Shown here: piece by piece, positions 25,383 through 39,384 of the stretch
How the letters are laid out: every line of letters begins with the position of its first letter
Position numbering within the stretch: the first letter of the stretch is position 1
Origin: Curvularia clavata
Lineage: Eukaryota
Direction of reading: 5' to 3'
NCBI GenBank assembly: GCA_023920165.1
Contig: CP089278.1
Location: forward strand, 868,001-932,000
DNA length: 64,000 nt
The notes under the pieces: model-generated
The model's database searches: none
Seen by the model: only the letters and a program-made list of their open reading frames with translations
What the model was told of the DNA's origin: nothing
Translations under genes and position numbers: made by a program

Positions 25383-26349
25383 GGCTGAAAGGTAGTACTT
25401 GGATCGTCTTCTTTTAGACTTCTTTAGTTCGTGTTCTAGAGATTGTGCAATGAAAGCGGATAATGGTAGACTGTAGTGTAGTGGATGGGGATAGTAGCAG
25501 TGGGAATTAGTAAGGAATTGCATATAAGGTGTGGTTGGCGACATTGTAAAGAGTAAGTGGTGGGTTGGTGACATTGTGAAGAGTGGGTTGTGTGGACAAT
25601 AGTATGCGTTGCTGTAAGACATGGCAGCGATAGTGCGTTGTTAGTGCTGGTGTTAGAGAGGAATTGTTAGTGGACTGTATCTGGCTTGCAATCAAATGTC
25701 TATCAAACTTGGAAAAAGACAGATGTTACTGAGGGCGTATATATGCATTTTGTGTTCAGATTATGAGTGGAAAAAATAGCATGCTATAATTGGTGCTTGG
25801 AGTCGACATACTCGTCAACCATGGTTCAGAACATTGAAGACCAACACTCCACAAGACATAACCAATCAAACGTCTGTCAAGAGTGTAGACTACTACTGGC
25901 AGCTACAATGGTTTGAGAATATTCGATTTGATTAATTCTAACACTGCAAAATGCAAACAGGTAAGTCGCAACACAACAGAACACTTTTGAACAATATCAG
26001 GTACAGCAAGCAACTACTACCGCTTGGAAATCTCCAAATGACTATCATAGCCCAAGACGAATACAGACAACTTCACAAACATCAAAATAGTCACTATGTT
26101 GTCAAAGTCATCACCAACAAGTGCACAATAGAGTAACACAATCAGACTGGAACAATTATTCATATTAATTGAGGCTAGGTATAACGCGCTGGGCCAGCCA
26201 CTACAGCCAAACGCACAGACAATCTCATTGAACCGTCTCGAACACATGAGAGTTTGGGGTATATATCTTCATATTTTTTTCACATTCAACGGTAGGAGTG
26301 TCTAGCCAAAACTAGCTTTGCATCATACACACATTCAAAGCAAAGACGC

Positions 26350-28375
26350 TTAGTGCTTCTCGGCAGTAACGCTCTGGCGCCTCTCAATGTCGGCAGCCTG
26401 CTCCTCAGTGCCAAGGTGACCAGTGGGCAGCAGGTTGAGAGCGTCTTCCTGCTTGTCCATGGTGCGATAGGCAAAGAAGAAAGCGATACCGGTGACGAAA
26501 GAGATGATAGCGACACTGCCGTAGTTCCAAGTGATGTGGGGGTCGGCAGTGAGAGGAGTGAAAGCCTGGGCGATGGCAGCGGAGAAGGCGGTGGTGAAGA
26601 GCTGGACGGACTGCACCAGAGACCTCATGTTCTTGGGCGCCTTGGTGAAGGCGTACTCGAGAGTGGTGACGGAGGCAAAGATCTCAGAGATGGCAATGAG
26701 AACGTAGACACCGGTGACAGCCCAGACGGAGATGTCGGTGCGGTAGTTGGGGTCGTGGGTCTCGTAGTAGCCAGAGGTCTTGTAAATGTAGTGCTGGAGA
26801 ACGGCAGCCCAGACCATGGCAAAGGCTCCAAGAATGAAACCAGCAGTGATCTTCTTGATGGGAGTGAAGCGGATACCGCGCTTGCGAAGGGCAGGGTACA
26901 CGAGGGTATCCATGATAGGCACCTGTGATGGAGTTAGTGATGTTTCCATAATCAGTGAGATTCAGGACAGCTTACAATGATGATAATGGCAATGGGGTCG
27001 AGGTTGGAAAGAATGTCGTTGGGGACGCCACCGAGCTTCATGGTAGCACACATCTGGGTCAAGTTGGAGTCCATCTGACGGTAGGCGAGCCAGAAGATGG
27101 GAACCCAGAAGAAGACGGAGCAAGCGGCGAATCCACGGGCGACCTCATCAACCCAAGCGTCGTCAAAGTTGTACCAGCTAGGCTTGTTAGCGCCAAGAGT
27201 AGAGGGCTTGACAGCGTGCCACATCTGGCCGTTGTTCCAGTTCTTGTAAGTCTGCACAGGATTGACGCTCATGCCGTTACCGAGAGCCTTGAAGAAAAGC
27301 TTGAAAGCCGGGCCCATGACGCTGCCGCTCGGGGGACGGAGGATGTAGAACTTCTTGCAGACAATCAGAACGGGGATAGCAACGATAAACATGACCGTGG
27401 GGATAAGATAAGCCAGCCAGAAACCAACGTATCTCTCAGCGTAGACCATGCTGATCTGGCCGACAAGAGCACCAATGTTGATGAAGAAGTAGAACCAGTT
27501 GTAGATGCGAGTGGTGGTGACAGCAGGGTCGACAATGACACGCTCAGTTCCACGGGTCTCGACACGCATCTTCTCCTGGGGAACCTGCTCGGCAATGAGG
27601 GGCGAGATGTTGGGCTTGAATGTTCCGGTTCCGAGACCCATGATGATGAGACCGAGAATGAAGACGCCAAGAGAAGTGTTGCGGTTTTCGAGGACCTTAG
27701 GGGCAGCGGAAGCGACAAGGATCAGATGACCAATTTCAGCAACCAGGACGGAGTAGACAATGGTCTTGAAACGACCAAGGTAGGTGTCGGCAATCCAGGC
27801 ACCGAACAGAGGGCAGACGTAGACCCAGAAGGCGTTGAAAGTGGTCAGACTGAAAGCGACCTGCTTGCCCATGCCCAGGGCACCGGGCTGGGCGTTCTCA
27901 TCGTCAGGGTGCAGAGCAGCGCCCGTAGGGGTCTTGAGGGGCTTCGCGATGAAGTTGGAGTAGACGGCAATGGTACCGTAGTAACTCATACGCTCGACCA
28001 ACTCAACAAAGGCGATCTAGAGGAACGGGTCAGCGTGGCTCTCACGTGCAATATAACATGGCAAGAGACGTACTGTGTAGATCTTCCAGGGAATCCTAGC
28101 AGGGACACGGCGGAGGGTAGCGAGCTCCTCCTCAGTGGGGAAGTCATCGCCCTCGGCGAGATAGCTGTCCTGGAGCGTGGCCTTGCCCTCGGAGTGAAGG
28201 TAGGCGGGCGCACCAGCAGTGTGAAGCTCAGGGTGCTGGCGCGTGGGATCACCTGAAGCATCAACCAGGGCAGGGTCCAAGCCTACAGCTTGCTGTGAAC
28301 GTGTTAGCAGGCATTGTACCAATTGTCCTCTGGGTGAAGGGTACTCACGACTTCAGCAGCGTCACCGACAGCCAT
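26350..28375 (-). CDS. PTR2: POT/PTR family di/tripeptide transporter, 4 exons
   Basis: FVELVERMSYYG (ExxER motif), GAWIADTYLGRFKTI, GTGTFKPNISPL, FYFFINIGA, SEIFASVTTLEYAFTKAPKNMRS. The first exon MAVGDAAEV has a GTGAGT donor. Codon usage is strongly biased. Confidence 0.95.
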
Positions 28376-30563
28376 GTTGATTTTGGTGTAAGAGTCGCCA
28401 AGGGGCAGCTTGTGTCAATTGTCCTGGTGAGGAGTCGAGAGGCAGAGAGAGAGGGGCCCTGGAGAAGAAGAAGAGAGCAAACGACCGACTGGAGGTGTAT
28501 TTAATTAAAGCACGCAAATCACGGGTCCAACATCGTGCTCTCCAGCTTCAGGCTGAATGAGGAAGGCGGGCACGCCGAGCAGGGATCAGCGGTGTATTGA
28601 CACTTTCACCGTGTGTGCCATCAGCAAACTCCATTGCCACCACGGCTAGGACTCCCAAGTGGGCAATCAGCGCGTGTGAAATGGATGCGGCACGAAGCTG
28701 TTTTTGCACAGCATCGCCGAGGCGGTACGGCCTACTCAAGCCTCGCCAAGTTGCTAACCACCACTGGCAAGCAGGAGGACAAGAGAGCTTGCCCCGTGCA
28801 AGATAACAATTCGCTGTGGCGCCCAGCGGGCAGGCCTTGGACGTTATCTCCTGCCTAAAGCAGCCAACGGCTACCCCGCTACCAACCCCCCAAGAAACGC
28901 CCAGATGCGCGACCCGGCGGATGGGTGTGGACGGGCCATGTATTGTATCAGTGAGGATGCCGCTTGCGACAGCAAGAGAATGCTTCGAATACGGGTATCA
29001 GTGGGGCCTGAGCATGACACCATCGAGACGACAGCCAATCAGCGGTCGCGGTCATGGTCGATATCTGAAGAAACTGCCCTGGGGCAGAGCGAGGCCAGAG
29101 GGATCGGATAAGAAAAGGGACAGGGCCCAGGCCGGAGTACAAGATAATGGGCTAGAAGCTTGGGGTCTTAGCCAGTACCGCCGAGGTGGCCAAGCACGCC
29201 ATGCGCGCTGCCATTCGCCCCACGGAGAGTGGCTCGTCTGAGATCCACAGCAGTGTCGCATGTTGGAATGTTCTTTGGGCCCCTAAGGGCTGGGCGTTCG
29301 GACGTTATCAAACTGAGGGCCAGGAACATCGGCGCCCACCGTCGGGTGTGGCAGGCCATGGCACAACAGCCAGAGGAGAACAAGCTTCGGTCAGCGGCCG
29401 AGATGCGTCCGCACGACAAGACGATCAGGCTCTTTTCCTTGTGCGCCCAGAGATGCTTGCTTGCAGGCAAAGTCAACATCTGAGTCGGCCAATCCTATTG
29501 GCGCGGTGTTGGTCGTGTGCCAGCGCTAAGGGGGCGGCGCTGCGGTACAATAAACAAGCATGGTGCTTATCCTTTGCCAGGGCGGGCATATGTGCGGCGT
29601 TTCCTATGTACGGTACGCAGGCTGGACGTCATGATCAGTGTTGGATTGATAGAGCAGAGGGCGGGGATTGGATTGAGACCTCGTCTGAGGGTCGCTTAGA
29701 TTAAACTTCGCTCGCATGCGAGGGAGTCCAAATGCAGGCCTCGGCAAATCCTTCCTCACACGTGGCCTGTCGTGAGACCTTCCCACCTTATCGCCTGCTG
29801 GCATCCTTCAATCTCAACGCTGATGTTCTGAGCTAGAAAAAGATTGCATTGATAGCAGCCCAACTATACACGCATCATGTTCTTCTCCAGAAGAATCGAA
29901 CATCCCGAGATGCCAGGCACCCAGGGCCCGCCCGCCAGCCAGGCCCCTCCCGCACATCGCATGCGGGCAACCATAGGAGCGCGTCTACTAGACTCCTTCC
30001 AATGAGCAGCTCGGGCATGGTAACACAGTAGTGCCATGGAGCCTTTCCCGACGCTGAGGTTGCTGTGGGTAAAAACCAGGCCCCCCGCCGCTTGTCTTCG
30101 CTTCCCCATCCCCTCCCTCGCTCGCGGGGAGACGCCTGAGGAGTCTTGGCACCTCAAGACAATAGCGAGGTTGCATCAACGGCTGCGGCCAACCACGCCA
30201 CCCGCTCGTAGCCCTTGAATAAGCCGTGATATCCATTTTGCGGTGCGAATACCAAGACCGAGATATCCGTCGCCATGCATGTGGTTCGTGGATCATGCCG
30301 AGGAGGACAAGGTCACGTGGACGGCACATGACTACCGACCAACACGGTCTAATCATAGATACCTCTTTGAACGGGTTCAAAATAATACGCTATTTTTCTG
30401 CATTACGAGATAGTGTGCAATTCTCGTGTCACAAGATAGCTCACAATTCCCAAGTCACTAAATAGCACAGTACGCAATTTCTATGTCACAGAACAGCACA
30501 CAATTCCCACGTCACAGACATCGCCCAAGGAAATACCCTAGCTCCTCCGTTCCTAGAGGCCTC

Positions 30564-31545
30564 TTAGAAAACCACACTCTTCTCCCTCAACGCCATCAAC
30601 CTCTCAGGACTCACCACACTCAACGCCATTGCGCCCCCAATCACCATCCCCAACAGCAACACCAGCACCAAATACCCCACCTCAACCTTCTGCTCCATTC
30701 CCATCCCTCCCCTATTCTCCGGCGCCCACCTCCCCACCATCTTCTTCAACGGCGCTATCCCCTCCTTCTTCGCAACCTCGACTCCCCTCTTCATCCCCGG
30801 TAACCCATCAATACTCTTCTGGCTCTTCCACGCCCAATACCTATCCATTGACTCCTTCTCATCCCCCTCTCTATACTTCTTCTCCTTTGCGGCAAAGTGT
30901 TTATCCAGGATATCGCGGTGGCCCACAAAGTCATAGTAAGGCACCGAGAAGCCGCAGGATGTGCCGCATTGGTGGACCGAGACGAGAATGATGCTGCGGG
31001 TGCTGAAGGAAGGTTCGATCTTGTGGGCGCTAATGAAGGAAGTGTATTCTGGGGTTCCGTTTTCAAGCGGAGTACCGGTGCCCCATATGCGCACGATTTT
31101 GGGGGGACCGGAGAAGGCGGTGAACTGGGGAGGTTTTTTGGGTTAGTAGACTCGTTCTTGACTCTTTTCGCTTCTGAGAAAAGAGAGAGAGAGAGAGAGG
31201 AGTAAATAAGGTGAGTGAGAGAATTAACATACCATAACGCAAATCCTACCATTCCCCTTCTCATGCAAGTGCGCGTGCGTCTCTACGCCACTTCCTGTCA
31301 TGTCCATGTACCAGAATGTGCGTTCATCTATCACCCCGAACTGCTGGCCTCCTTTTGGTGAGATGTTGATATGGCCTTGGCCGGAGAGGGGCGCAGTGCC
31401 AACCTAGACATGGTGGTTAATGAATTGGATTGAGGATTTCTGGGAAGGTGGGAAAGAGAGGAGCTGAGTTACGCACCCAGAACATATGTTGCGAGTGGAT
31501 CCATGACACGAGGCTATCGGGTATGGTTTCGTAGTAGACGCCCAT
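30564..31545 (-). CDS. Pyridoxamine 5'-phosphate oxidase-like FMN-binding split-barrel protein with C-terminal TM helix; 2 introns
   Basis: Spliced MGVYYETIP..WIHSQHMFW|VGTAPLSGQGHINISPKG...YMDMTGSGVETHAHL.E.GNGRICVM|FTAFSGPPKIVRIWGTG...TSCGFSVP...SIDGLPG. Confidence 0.88.
31182..31199 (+). repeat. (AG)9 microsatellite in an intron of the PNPOx-like gene
   Basis: aagagagagagagagagagg. Confidence 0.85.
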
Positions 31546-32401
31546 TTTTCCTTGTTTCTGTCGCTGTTACCGCCGTTGAGAGTCGGTGGGTGATGGTGGC
31601 TGAAGGTACACGCGGTGAGATGATAGTTGTGATGGTAGTGGTAGGTAAGCAGTAGACTTGCTCAAGACCAGATCCGCGTGCGAACAGATAAAAGTTAGAA
31701 CTTTGAGTCAAACCCTTCCAATCCTCCTCTTCGCTGATACTCAGGAACCGTCTGATCAATTGCAATTTCAAGCACCGGAGAATCGAAAATCCCCGGTTGA
31801 AACTTTTGATGACTCAATCACTGCCTCACTCGAGTCACCTCCTGCTCTTCTCACAAGTACCTTCTCCGTTCGCACTTTGCGTGTACTCTCCCCGCCCGTG
31901 TGTACCTCGGCCGCGGATCAGCAATCCTTCCGTACGTAGAAATAGATATGTGGGGGCCTGGCGATCCTCCTCTGTTTTTTCTATGCGCGCACAATCAATC
32001 CTCTGCTACAAGACTTAGTCAAAGAATGTCAAATGTCAAAGGGCGTAGAGACATAACAGAAAAATAGACATGTGATTTGTAACCCTTTTTTCCGAGTGTT
32101 ACACACATTGCAGCCTAGTGGGGTTGGAAATGCGGGGCAGAATGCACGGATGCGGGGATAAATGCGGGAAAGCAGTGGACCAGCTCGGATAAGTAGGTGC
32201 TCTATCGTTGTGCAAGTATGGACTGAGAAAATGTGAAATTAAGATTGTGGATGTCGTTGTTTGCTCTAGAGAATGAAAAAAAAATTACAACGATGACTAG
32301 TGATGGGATACTTTTCTTCCCTAGTCTAACGAACGTTATATACACAATGACTATACACAGAAAGTAAACCATCTACCCTCCAACGCATATCCTACGAACC
32401 C

Positions 32402-35400
32402 TCATTTCCTCGGCAACTCTCTAAACACCTCTTTGAAAATCTTCTTACTGTTGTACAAATTCACCAGCCTCAAACGCTCATTGTCCAAATGGGCGCTGTC
32501 ACTCGCTTGGCCGCAAGGAAGATGTGCTGCAGGAGCGTTAAACTCCTTCTCGAGAAAGCGGATACTTGGGATTGAACCGCCCTCACGGATGTAGAGAGGC
32601 TTGCGCGGTGCAATGCTCTCTTTCTCCGTCTCATCTGGGGTGGAAGCACCAGAGCTAGGGTCAGCAGTACTGGACAGAGCCGGGTCGGACGAATTGGCCA
32701 GAATATTAGACGTCGCAGGCACGGAAGGCTTTCTAGCAACCGGCCCCACAGAAGAATCCTCTCCGTTCTTCGATTGTGCAGAAAAGTAGTCCGAGGCTTT
32801 CGCTGCCGACATGCTCTCTCTTCTCTGTCCGAGCCTTGGGCCCCATACGGACATGATAGCGCGTTCGAGCGTCTGGAAAATCTCATTGCTAAAGTCGCCC
32901 AGCCATGGCTCGGCCTGATGATCAATCGTAATCTTGAGTTCATTCTTCGAGTCAAGCTCTTCAAACTCATCCTTCAGAAACGAAATGAGCGCTTCCGCTA
33001 CATCTCCAGCTTCTTGGTTAGGCACTAGACGAATGGACAAGGCAGCCTTTGCAAGGCGCGGAATGATAGTCGAGTTCTCTGGGCCCGATGTCTGAAAGCG
33101 ATGGATAGTTAGAGACGCCTCGCGCCACCTACGCATGAGTGATTGAGCCAATTCATCTGCGTCACCGAGGTCTGGATTGCTGCGCAACAGCGTCTTGGTG
33201 ATCTCAGTGTACAGCTCCTTCTCATCGTCGGTTAGAGGCAAGATGGGGTCATAAAACCCAGGAATCTGGACCTTTCCATGTCGACCTGTCAGCCTAGAAA
33301 GCAGCATGACGAGGTCCTTGAGCGGTTCGTCTAGTAGCGCGCTGCCGTCAACACCACTGTGCAAATCCGGATGCTTACTCTCGATCTGAACGGTGGCATG
33401 AATCACGCCTCGCAGACCATATGTCAAGCACGGGACATGGTCATCGAGCCAATAACTATTCGCAAGGAGAATCCAGTCAACGTCACCGATGAGGTCTTTT
33501 CTGGCCTGCACTGCCTTTTCAAAGCCACGAGAGCCACTTTCTTCCTCGCCTTCGATGAGGAAGATGATGTCAGAATCTAGACTCTGCTCGTTGGCCAATT
33601 CGTGGGCAGCATAGATGGCGGCCATGATGGGTCCCTTGTTATCGGATACGCCACGTCCATAGAGATAGCCCCCTTCTCCGGTGAGGGTGAAAGGATCATG
33701 CTTCCACTTGCGCTGCTCATTCTCTGCAGCAATGACATCGTAGTGGCCGTAAAACAAAATCTTCTTCCGCGATGCCGCTGTGGCGGGGTTCCCACGGAAC
33801 TTGGCAAAGACGATTGGGTTGTAGTCGCTGGTGTTGATCATCTCGGTTACGGCACCGAAATTCTGAAAAACCGACCTAAGGTAGGATGCACCTCGGCGGC
33901 AGTCCGCACGATACTTGGGCAGCGATGACACGGTCCGAAAAGAGACGAATTGGCTCAACGACTCCACCATGAGATCTGCACAATACATTAGGCGCGCGAA
34001 TTAACGGATGCCAGCGTGTACTCACCATTGTTGCTTCTTCTTGTAGCGGCATCCGGCTCCGCACAGTCCTTTACTTCCCAAATGACAACGGTATTATCGT
34101 TACCGCCTGTGACGAGCATCGACTTGTCTGCGTACCGAACAAAGGCTGATGCGAGAATCAAGCCATCGTGCGCTTGGAAAGTCGTAATGGTTTCGTAGTG
34201 CTCGTTAAATTTCTGGCCATGTCAGAGTGGTCCACTCGAACGCAGTCGCACCAAGACTCACCTGCATAGCACCAGTCTTACCACCGGCATACAGAACGCC
34301 AGAGCCTAACGACAAGGTATGCACGTCGCCCGTGGTCGCCTTTAGGCTTCGCACTAGCTGTCTGGTTTCCAAGTCCCACACGTTGACCTCACCGTCGAAG
34401 CGTCCGCTGTACAGAAAAGAACCTTCTCTAGCTAGCGACAGAATTGATTCGCCCTCTTCCCTGCCGTCCTCGAGGGTGCAGATGGCCGATATGCTGCCGC
34501 GCTGTGCGGCATCTATTCTCCACAATAGGATGCGGCCGTCTCCTCCTCCGGAAACTAGCACTTCTTCCGATGGGGCTTCAGGCACGATCCCGCTCCCAAC
34601 GAGCATGCAATGGACGTATCCATAGTGGGCAAACTGACAGATGTCATGACTGTCAATCTGCAGCTCTTGTCCGCCTGTGGCGTCTCGTGGCCTTGTGTCT
34701 GCACCGGCGGGTCTTGGTGTTTGGGCACCACCAGGTCCTAGTGAGTCGAAGAACCTATTCTTGCGCTCGGCAGGATGCGAGGACAGGCTAGGGGCGGGCC
34801 GGGTATCCTTTTCTTTCAAGTCATACCACTAGCATTGTTAGCATACTGTCGTAGATTTTCCCATTGATGCCCTACTTGTATGCTTGTGTTTTGCGCCCCA
34901 AGATATACAGTATGGTGTTGAGAAGAGTAAGCGACACAAAAAATGTCACCAATGTCGTGGGGAGACCAGAGGGCATAGAGATGTTGAAATGTCGACGTAC
35001 ACCAGACCTGGTGAGTTAGTACACCTGCTCAGTCTGTAGCAATGGTCACTGACTGACATTGACAATTGGATCGGCTGCACTCGAGAAGAGCCATTTATGG
35101 TCTTGTGACAGACATAGGCCAAGCACGCTGCCCTTGTGCGCATGGATGACTCGACGAAGCTCGTAAGTATCGAGGCTGTAGACCTGTGCGTCATGAGCTG
35201 CTAGAACTTGCAGAGTCTTGTCCCGAGCGTACCAAGATCTCACCGCCCTGTGTGCCGGCAAAGATGTACTGCGAGGAAACGGCTAGGGCGAGAATTGATT
35301 TGTCGTGCTTCATGCGGTGGGCGAGGGCGGGCGTTCGCTGCGCGGGCGGGACTGGCTGCTCAGAGCCGTTTGTGCCCATGGGGGCCATGGCAGAGTCATT

Positions 35401-35424
35401 TTGCGGAGGGGCTGCTGAGGGCAT
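32402..35424 (-). CDS. DUG2: WD40 + M20 metallopeptidase, glutathione degradosome subunit Dug2; multi-exon, start uncertain
   Basis: N-terminal WD40 repeats (SILALAVS..YIFAGTQ; AHKGSVLGL..LFSSAAD; LVSGGGDGRILLW; LYSGRFDGEVNVWD) are fused to M20 motifs (YGHYDV, YGRGVSDNKGP, EGEEESGS, IREGGSIP, AHLDNER). This is the diagnostic Dug2 architecture. Confidence 0.92.
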
Positions 35425-37510
35425 GGTCAGCCTGGCTCCAGAGTGCGCCTTTGGTGTTGTGCCTGCATGGCTGGGTCCTGTGCAATGGTTTGAGCGAGCG
35501 AGCGAGCGAGCGGAGCGATGACGGAGCTCCTAGGGGTCCAGTGCGCCGCTTTGCGGGGCTGTCCACTGGCAACCCCAGCCCACCACACCACGGCTACTTT
35601 GACGTACCTTTCAACTCCAAGACCACTCTCCCACTTTGCTGTGACGTGAGTGTGTGCGAAAAGGTACACATTGCGGGCCTACCAGCGGAGCTGCAGCTGG
35701 AAAGGAGATGTATAGGGAAAATGGAATATGAAGGGGTATCTGTACAGTGCGAAGAAGGGCTCTCAATCAGTATCTCTGGACAAGAAAGATATAGCTCGTC
35801 GTCGTCGTCGTCGAGTACATCGTCCAGAGTCGTGTCGGAGTATGTCTCATCTTCTCTTGACGTTGACGAAGTTGCAGGAGAACTCAGGCACTGTTGCTCA
35901 GACATGGTATCAGCGTCACCGCTCGTACATGGCGAGCAAAGACCCTGAGATGGCGCCATTTTTGGGCATAATTTGTGGCAGAGTCAACGGAGGCGGGCAA
36001 TGACCGGTACCCCTTTATTGAGACTTTGTTTTGCTCGATGGCCTCACATGACTATGGTGATCAGATGGAAAAAAAATGCCATTGATATTGGAGGCGGCGT
36101 GCAGTCAAGATGCATATGTATGTGTGTACTACCATGTGGAACAATTCGTGGACGCTACAACCGGTACTTGGCTCTCACTCTGGACTAGCAGTGCATTGCA
36201 TGAGGTGGCCTACTTGACCGTTTTCGAAGCCGGATACGTGTTCGTGCTCAAGAGTCAGTGATGGGCGGTGCATCTTGGGGCTCGGCTGGACTACTGCGAA
36301 AGGAATACGTGGGAAGAGGCTCGCGGGAACACGCATAAGGGCGCGGGTATGTTCCGGGGCGGCTTGCAAAGAGCATGGATGGAGTGAAGATCGCCGGCTA
36401 AGGGCGTGAAGTCGTGTCCCGCCCCAGCTGGCAGACGAGACGAGACAGGACGAGTGACTGTGCCCGATGCATATCGATAATGATAACAGAGGCGGTCTGT
36501 GCAGCCTGACAGGTAGGATGGCACCGGCACCTGAAAAAGCAGCCTGAATGTCTGCGTGATGACGGAAAGGAGAATAGGGCCCAAGCCACATGAATTAATT
36601 GTATTCTCCGACGAAAAGAGCTCGGCAGGTGAGAAGAAGCAAGCATGTGTGGTGACTGACCACCACTGACGCAGCGCTGCATGCTCACAGCAGCCCAGCA
36701 GCGACAGCCACAGTTCTGGACCCTTCTGCGCCGCGCACCGCCACAGCGCCCGCCACACACAGACACAGAAGCGCCACGGCTGGCGCGGCAGGTTACCAGC
36801 ATCCCCAGGTCGGGGGATGCTGCCAGCTGGACAAGTACTTCGCAGAGTTTCTAGACGGAGTCGATGTTGGGCATCAACCAACAGGCTGCACCATGGCATC
36901 AGCACGCGTGCAGGCTGAGGCAGCAGAGGCTAGTCGGCCACTCGCAGCAGCGACACGTTCACCACGTCTGCAGCAATAAAAGCAACTGGCAGGGCTGCGC
37001 ACCAATGGCAGCTGAAGCCGCACGCGATCTGATGCAGCGTTTCGCTGCCCGCATATCCGGCCGCCATGGTAGCGCCCTTAGCACCACCCATTGACACGGC
37101 GACACGCTCGCCCGCCATGCCGCTCCTGTACTGGCCGAGACGACCTGGCACCCGTCGTCCACCCCCGGTTCCACTGTCATCATGGGCCTGCGTGTCGCAG
37201 TTGGCGCAAAATCGCCTCACTCCGAGCCTGCCCCGGCCTCCAAATGCCGCCAGCAGGTACTGACTCCAAAAATCCCTTATAGAGCCACGCCGCGCCGCAT
37301 CAACTACCACACGGCCCAGGTGGAACCTTGTTGTGGAGTTGTGCCAGCTGCCCGTTTCCGCGAGCATTGATCTCCCTTGACCGCCTCATACACCGAATCA
37401 CTCAAGTACCAACCACTCTCACCGCAACGCCTCGCTCGTCGCACAAAACCCCCTCCTCCCCGTCTGTTGTGCATGCTGCAGGAACAACCTGCCCTAGTAC
37501 ATACGTCAGG

Positions 37511-38873
37511 ATGGCTGTAGGACTCGGTGAAACTATTACAGTCATCAACAAGAGTGGCAAAGTCGTGAGCAGTGTAAGTACCGGCTGCTAGCCCCGCTTG
37601 CCCTGACCCCTCGCCCCTACTAACCGACAAACAGAGCAAACACCTCGTCAACGTCTTCAAGGAGGCCAAGGCCGCATACCGCGAGCGCAAGGCTGAGATC
37701 AAGGCCGAGCGCGATGCTGCCGTCAAGGAGAGGGAGCTCACAAAGAGCGTAAAAGCTCTGCGCATCGAAGACGACACCCGCTCCCAGACATCGCATCGCT
37801 CCAGGGCCTCCAAGTCACATGGTTCCAAGCGACCTCCCCTAGAGCGTGGCCACACCGACAGCCCACGCAGCAGTCGCCATCGCCTCGAGGCCGACCTCAA
37901 TGGCCAGGATTCTCATGGCAAAGAACTTGCAAAGAGGCATCCCGATAAGCCCCGCTCCAAATCGGCAGCCTACGTCGACATGGACCTCGCATACGGCGAC
38001 GTCCCCCCACCCCTACCAGACCCAAGGATCGAGGAGTTGGAGCTGAAAGAAAAGGCCTCCAAGATCGAAATGCTTCTCGACGAAGCCAACGCCCTCCAAC
38101 ATACGGCTACGGCCATCATCGAGAACTTGCAGAAAAATCCAGAAGCCCTGGCTGCCGTGTCCCTTACGCTAGCCGAGATTAGTGCCATCGTCAGCAAGAT
38201 GGGTCCCGGTGTTCTCCTGTCGCTCAAGGGCAGCTTCCCTGCTGTTGCCGCACTACTGGTTAGTCCCCAGTTTATGATCGCCGGCGGTGTCGCTGTCGGT
38301 GTCACCATTGTCGCCCTTGGTGGGTACAAGATCATCAAGAAGATCCAGGCCCAGAACCAGTTCGACCCACTCGAGGCTCCCGCACAGCCCATGATTGCGC
38401 GTGCTGCTACAGCCCCCGCCGCCATAGAAGAACCCAACAACGAGCTAGACGAGCTCCAGCCTCAGGAACTCAGCCGCGTCGAGAAGTGGCGCCGTGGCAT
38501 CGCCGACATCGAGGCCGAAAGCTGCGGCACCAGCGTCGACGGCGAGTTCATCACTCCTGGTGTATCCCGAGAACTTTGCGATGCTGGTATCCTTGACGAG
38601 GATGACCTCAAGTCTCGCCGTAGCACCCGGTCCAGGAGAACCACGACCAGCGAATCACGACACAAGTCGCACCGCAGCAAGTCTAAGCCCTCTGAGTCCA
38701 AGCGCCCTTCAAGCAAGGTCGGCAAGGACAGCTCGAGCAAGGTTGGAAGAGACAGCTCAAGCAAGAGTGGCAAGGACAGCTCCAGCAGGAGCGGCAAGGA
38801 GAGCAGCAAGAAGAAGGAAAAGGAGCCATCTGGTCTCAAGATGTTGTTCCGCTCCCACACGGTTGCCGCCTAG
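37511..38873 (+). CDS. Fungal protein of unknown function with central hydrophobic segment and S/K-rich tail; intron 37574-37634
   Basis: MAVGLGETITVINKSGKVVSS|SKHLVNVFKEAKAAY continues in frame into ORF 37980..38873. The intron has GTAAGT, CTAAC and CAG signals. Confidence 0.85.
38709..38804 (+). repeat. Four 24-bp coding repeats (SS[K/R][V/S]G[K/R][D/E]S)
   Basis: SSKVGKDS SSKVGRDS SSKSGKDS SSRSGKES in the translation. Confidence 0.8.
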
Positions 38874-39362
38874 ACGATTACGACCGTACTTACAGTACAC
38901 CTTTCCTTTTTCATCATAGCGCACGGCGTTTTCTCTACTACATCTCTCGTCGCAACAACTCCTTCAGGCCTGCATTTAGCGCTTTCTCCATTCCAAACCT
39001 GCTTTTTTCTTTTCTTGTTGTACATCTCACAGAACGACGCTTCCGCTTCTCAAAAGGGTTTCATGGACCCCGTCGTTTCTTGTCAAACTCTTTTACAAAT
39101 GTCTTGGCGCAATCAGGTCCGGGGCGGATAATGGCTTATTTATGATATACATGTCGCGAACGTAACTACGAAACTTTTTTTTCTTTCAAGCTTATTCCCT
39201 TTCTGTGGATGTAAGACATAGCGTTTATATTGAAAGTAAACATGTAGAAATTGATACTCTCTTACGCGTGTAGTTGGTCCAGAAATTAGGGGAAGTGATT
39301 GCTTGTTGTCACACTTGGACTCATCATGCACGCGCTCACTGCGAACGCCAGATCTACTGCCG

Positions 39363-39384
39363 CCCCCCCCCCCCCCCCCCCCCC
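39363..39384 (+). repeat. C22 homopolymer (G22 on the minus strand)
   Basis: Directly visible. Confidence 0.95.

Noticed and set aside
25383..25622. 80-aa N-terminal extension of exonuclease copy 1 with a ~30-bp duplication (LFTMSPT x2)
   Set aside because: Composition resembles a 5' UTR, and the downstream gccATGg is a better start; not resolvable without transcripts.
26955..28256. 433-aa + strand ORF (and 26353..26928) antisense to PTR2
   Set aside because: Shadow ORF produced by strong codon bias of PTR2; no recognisable protein features.
32130..32170. Three ATGCGGG motifs (CreA-like SYGGRG)
   Set aside because: Short motif with no independent support for function.
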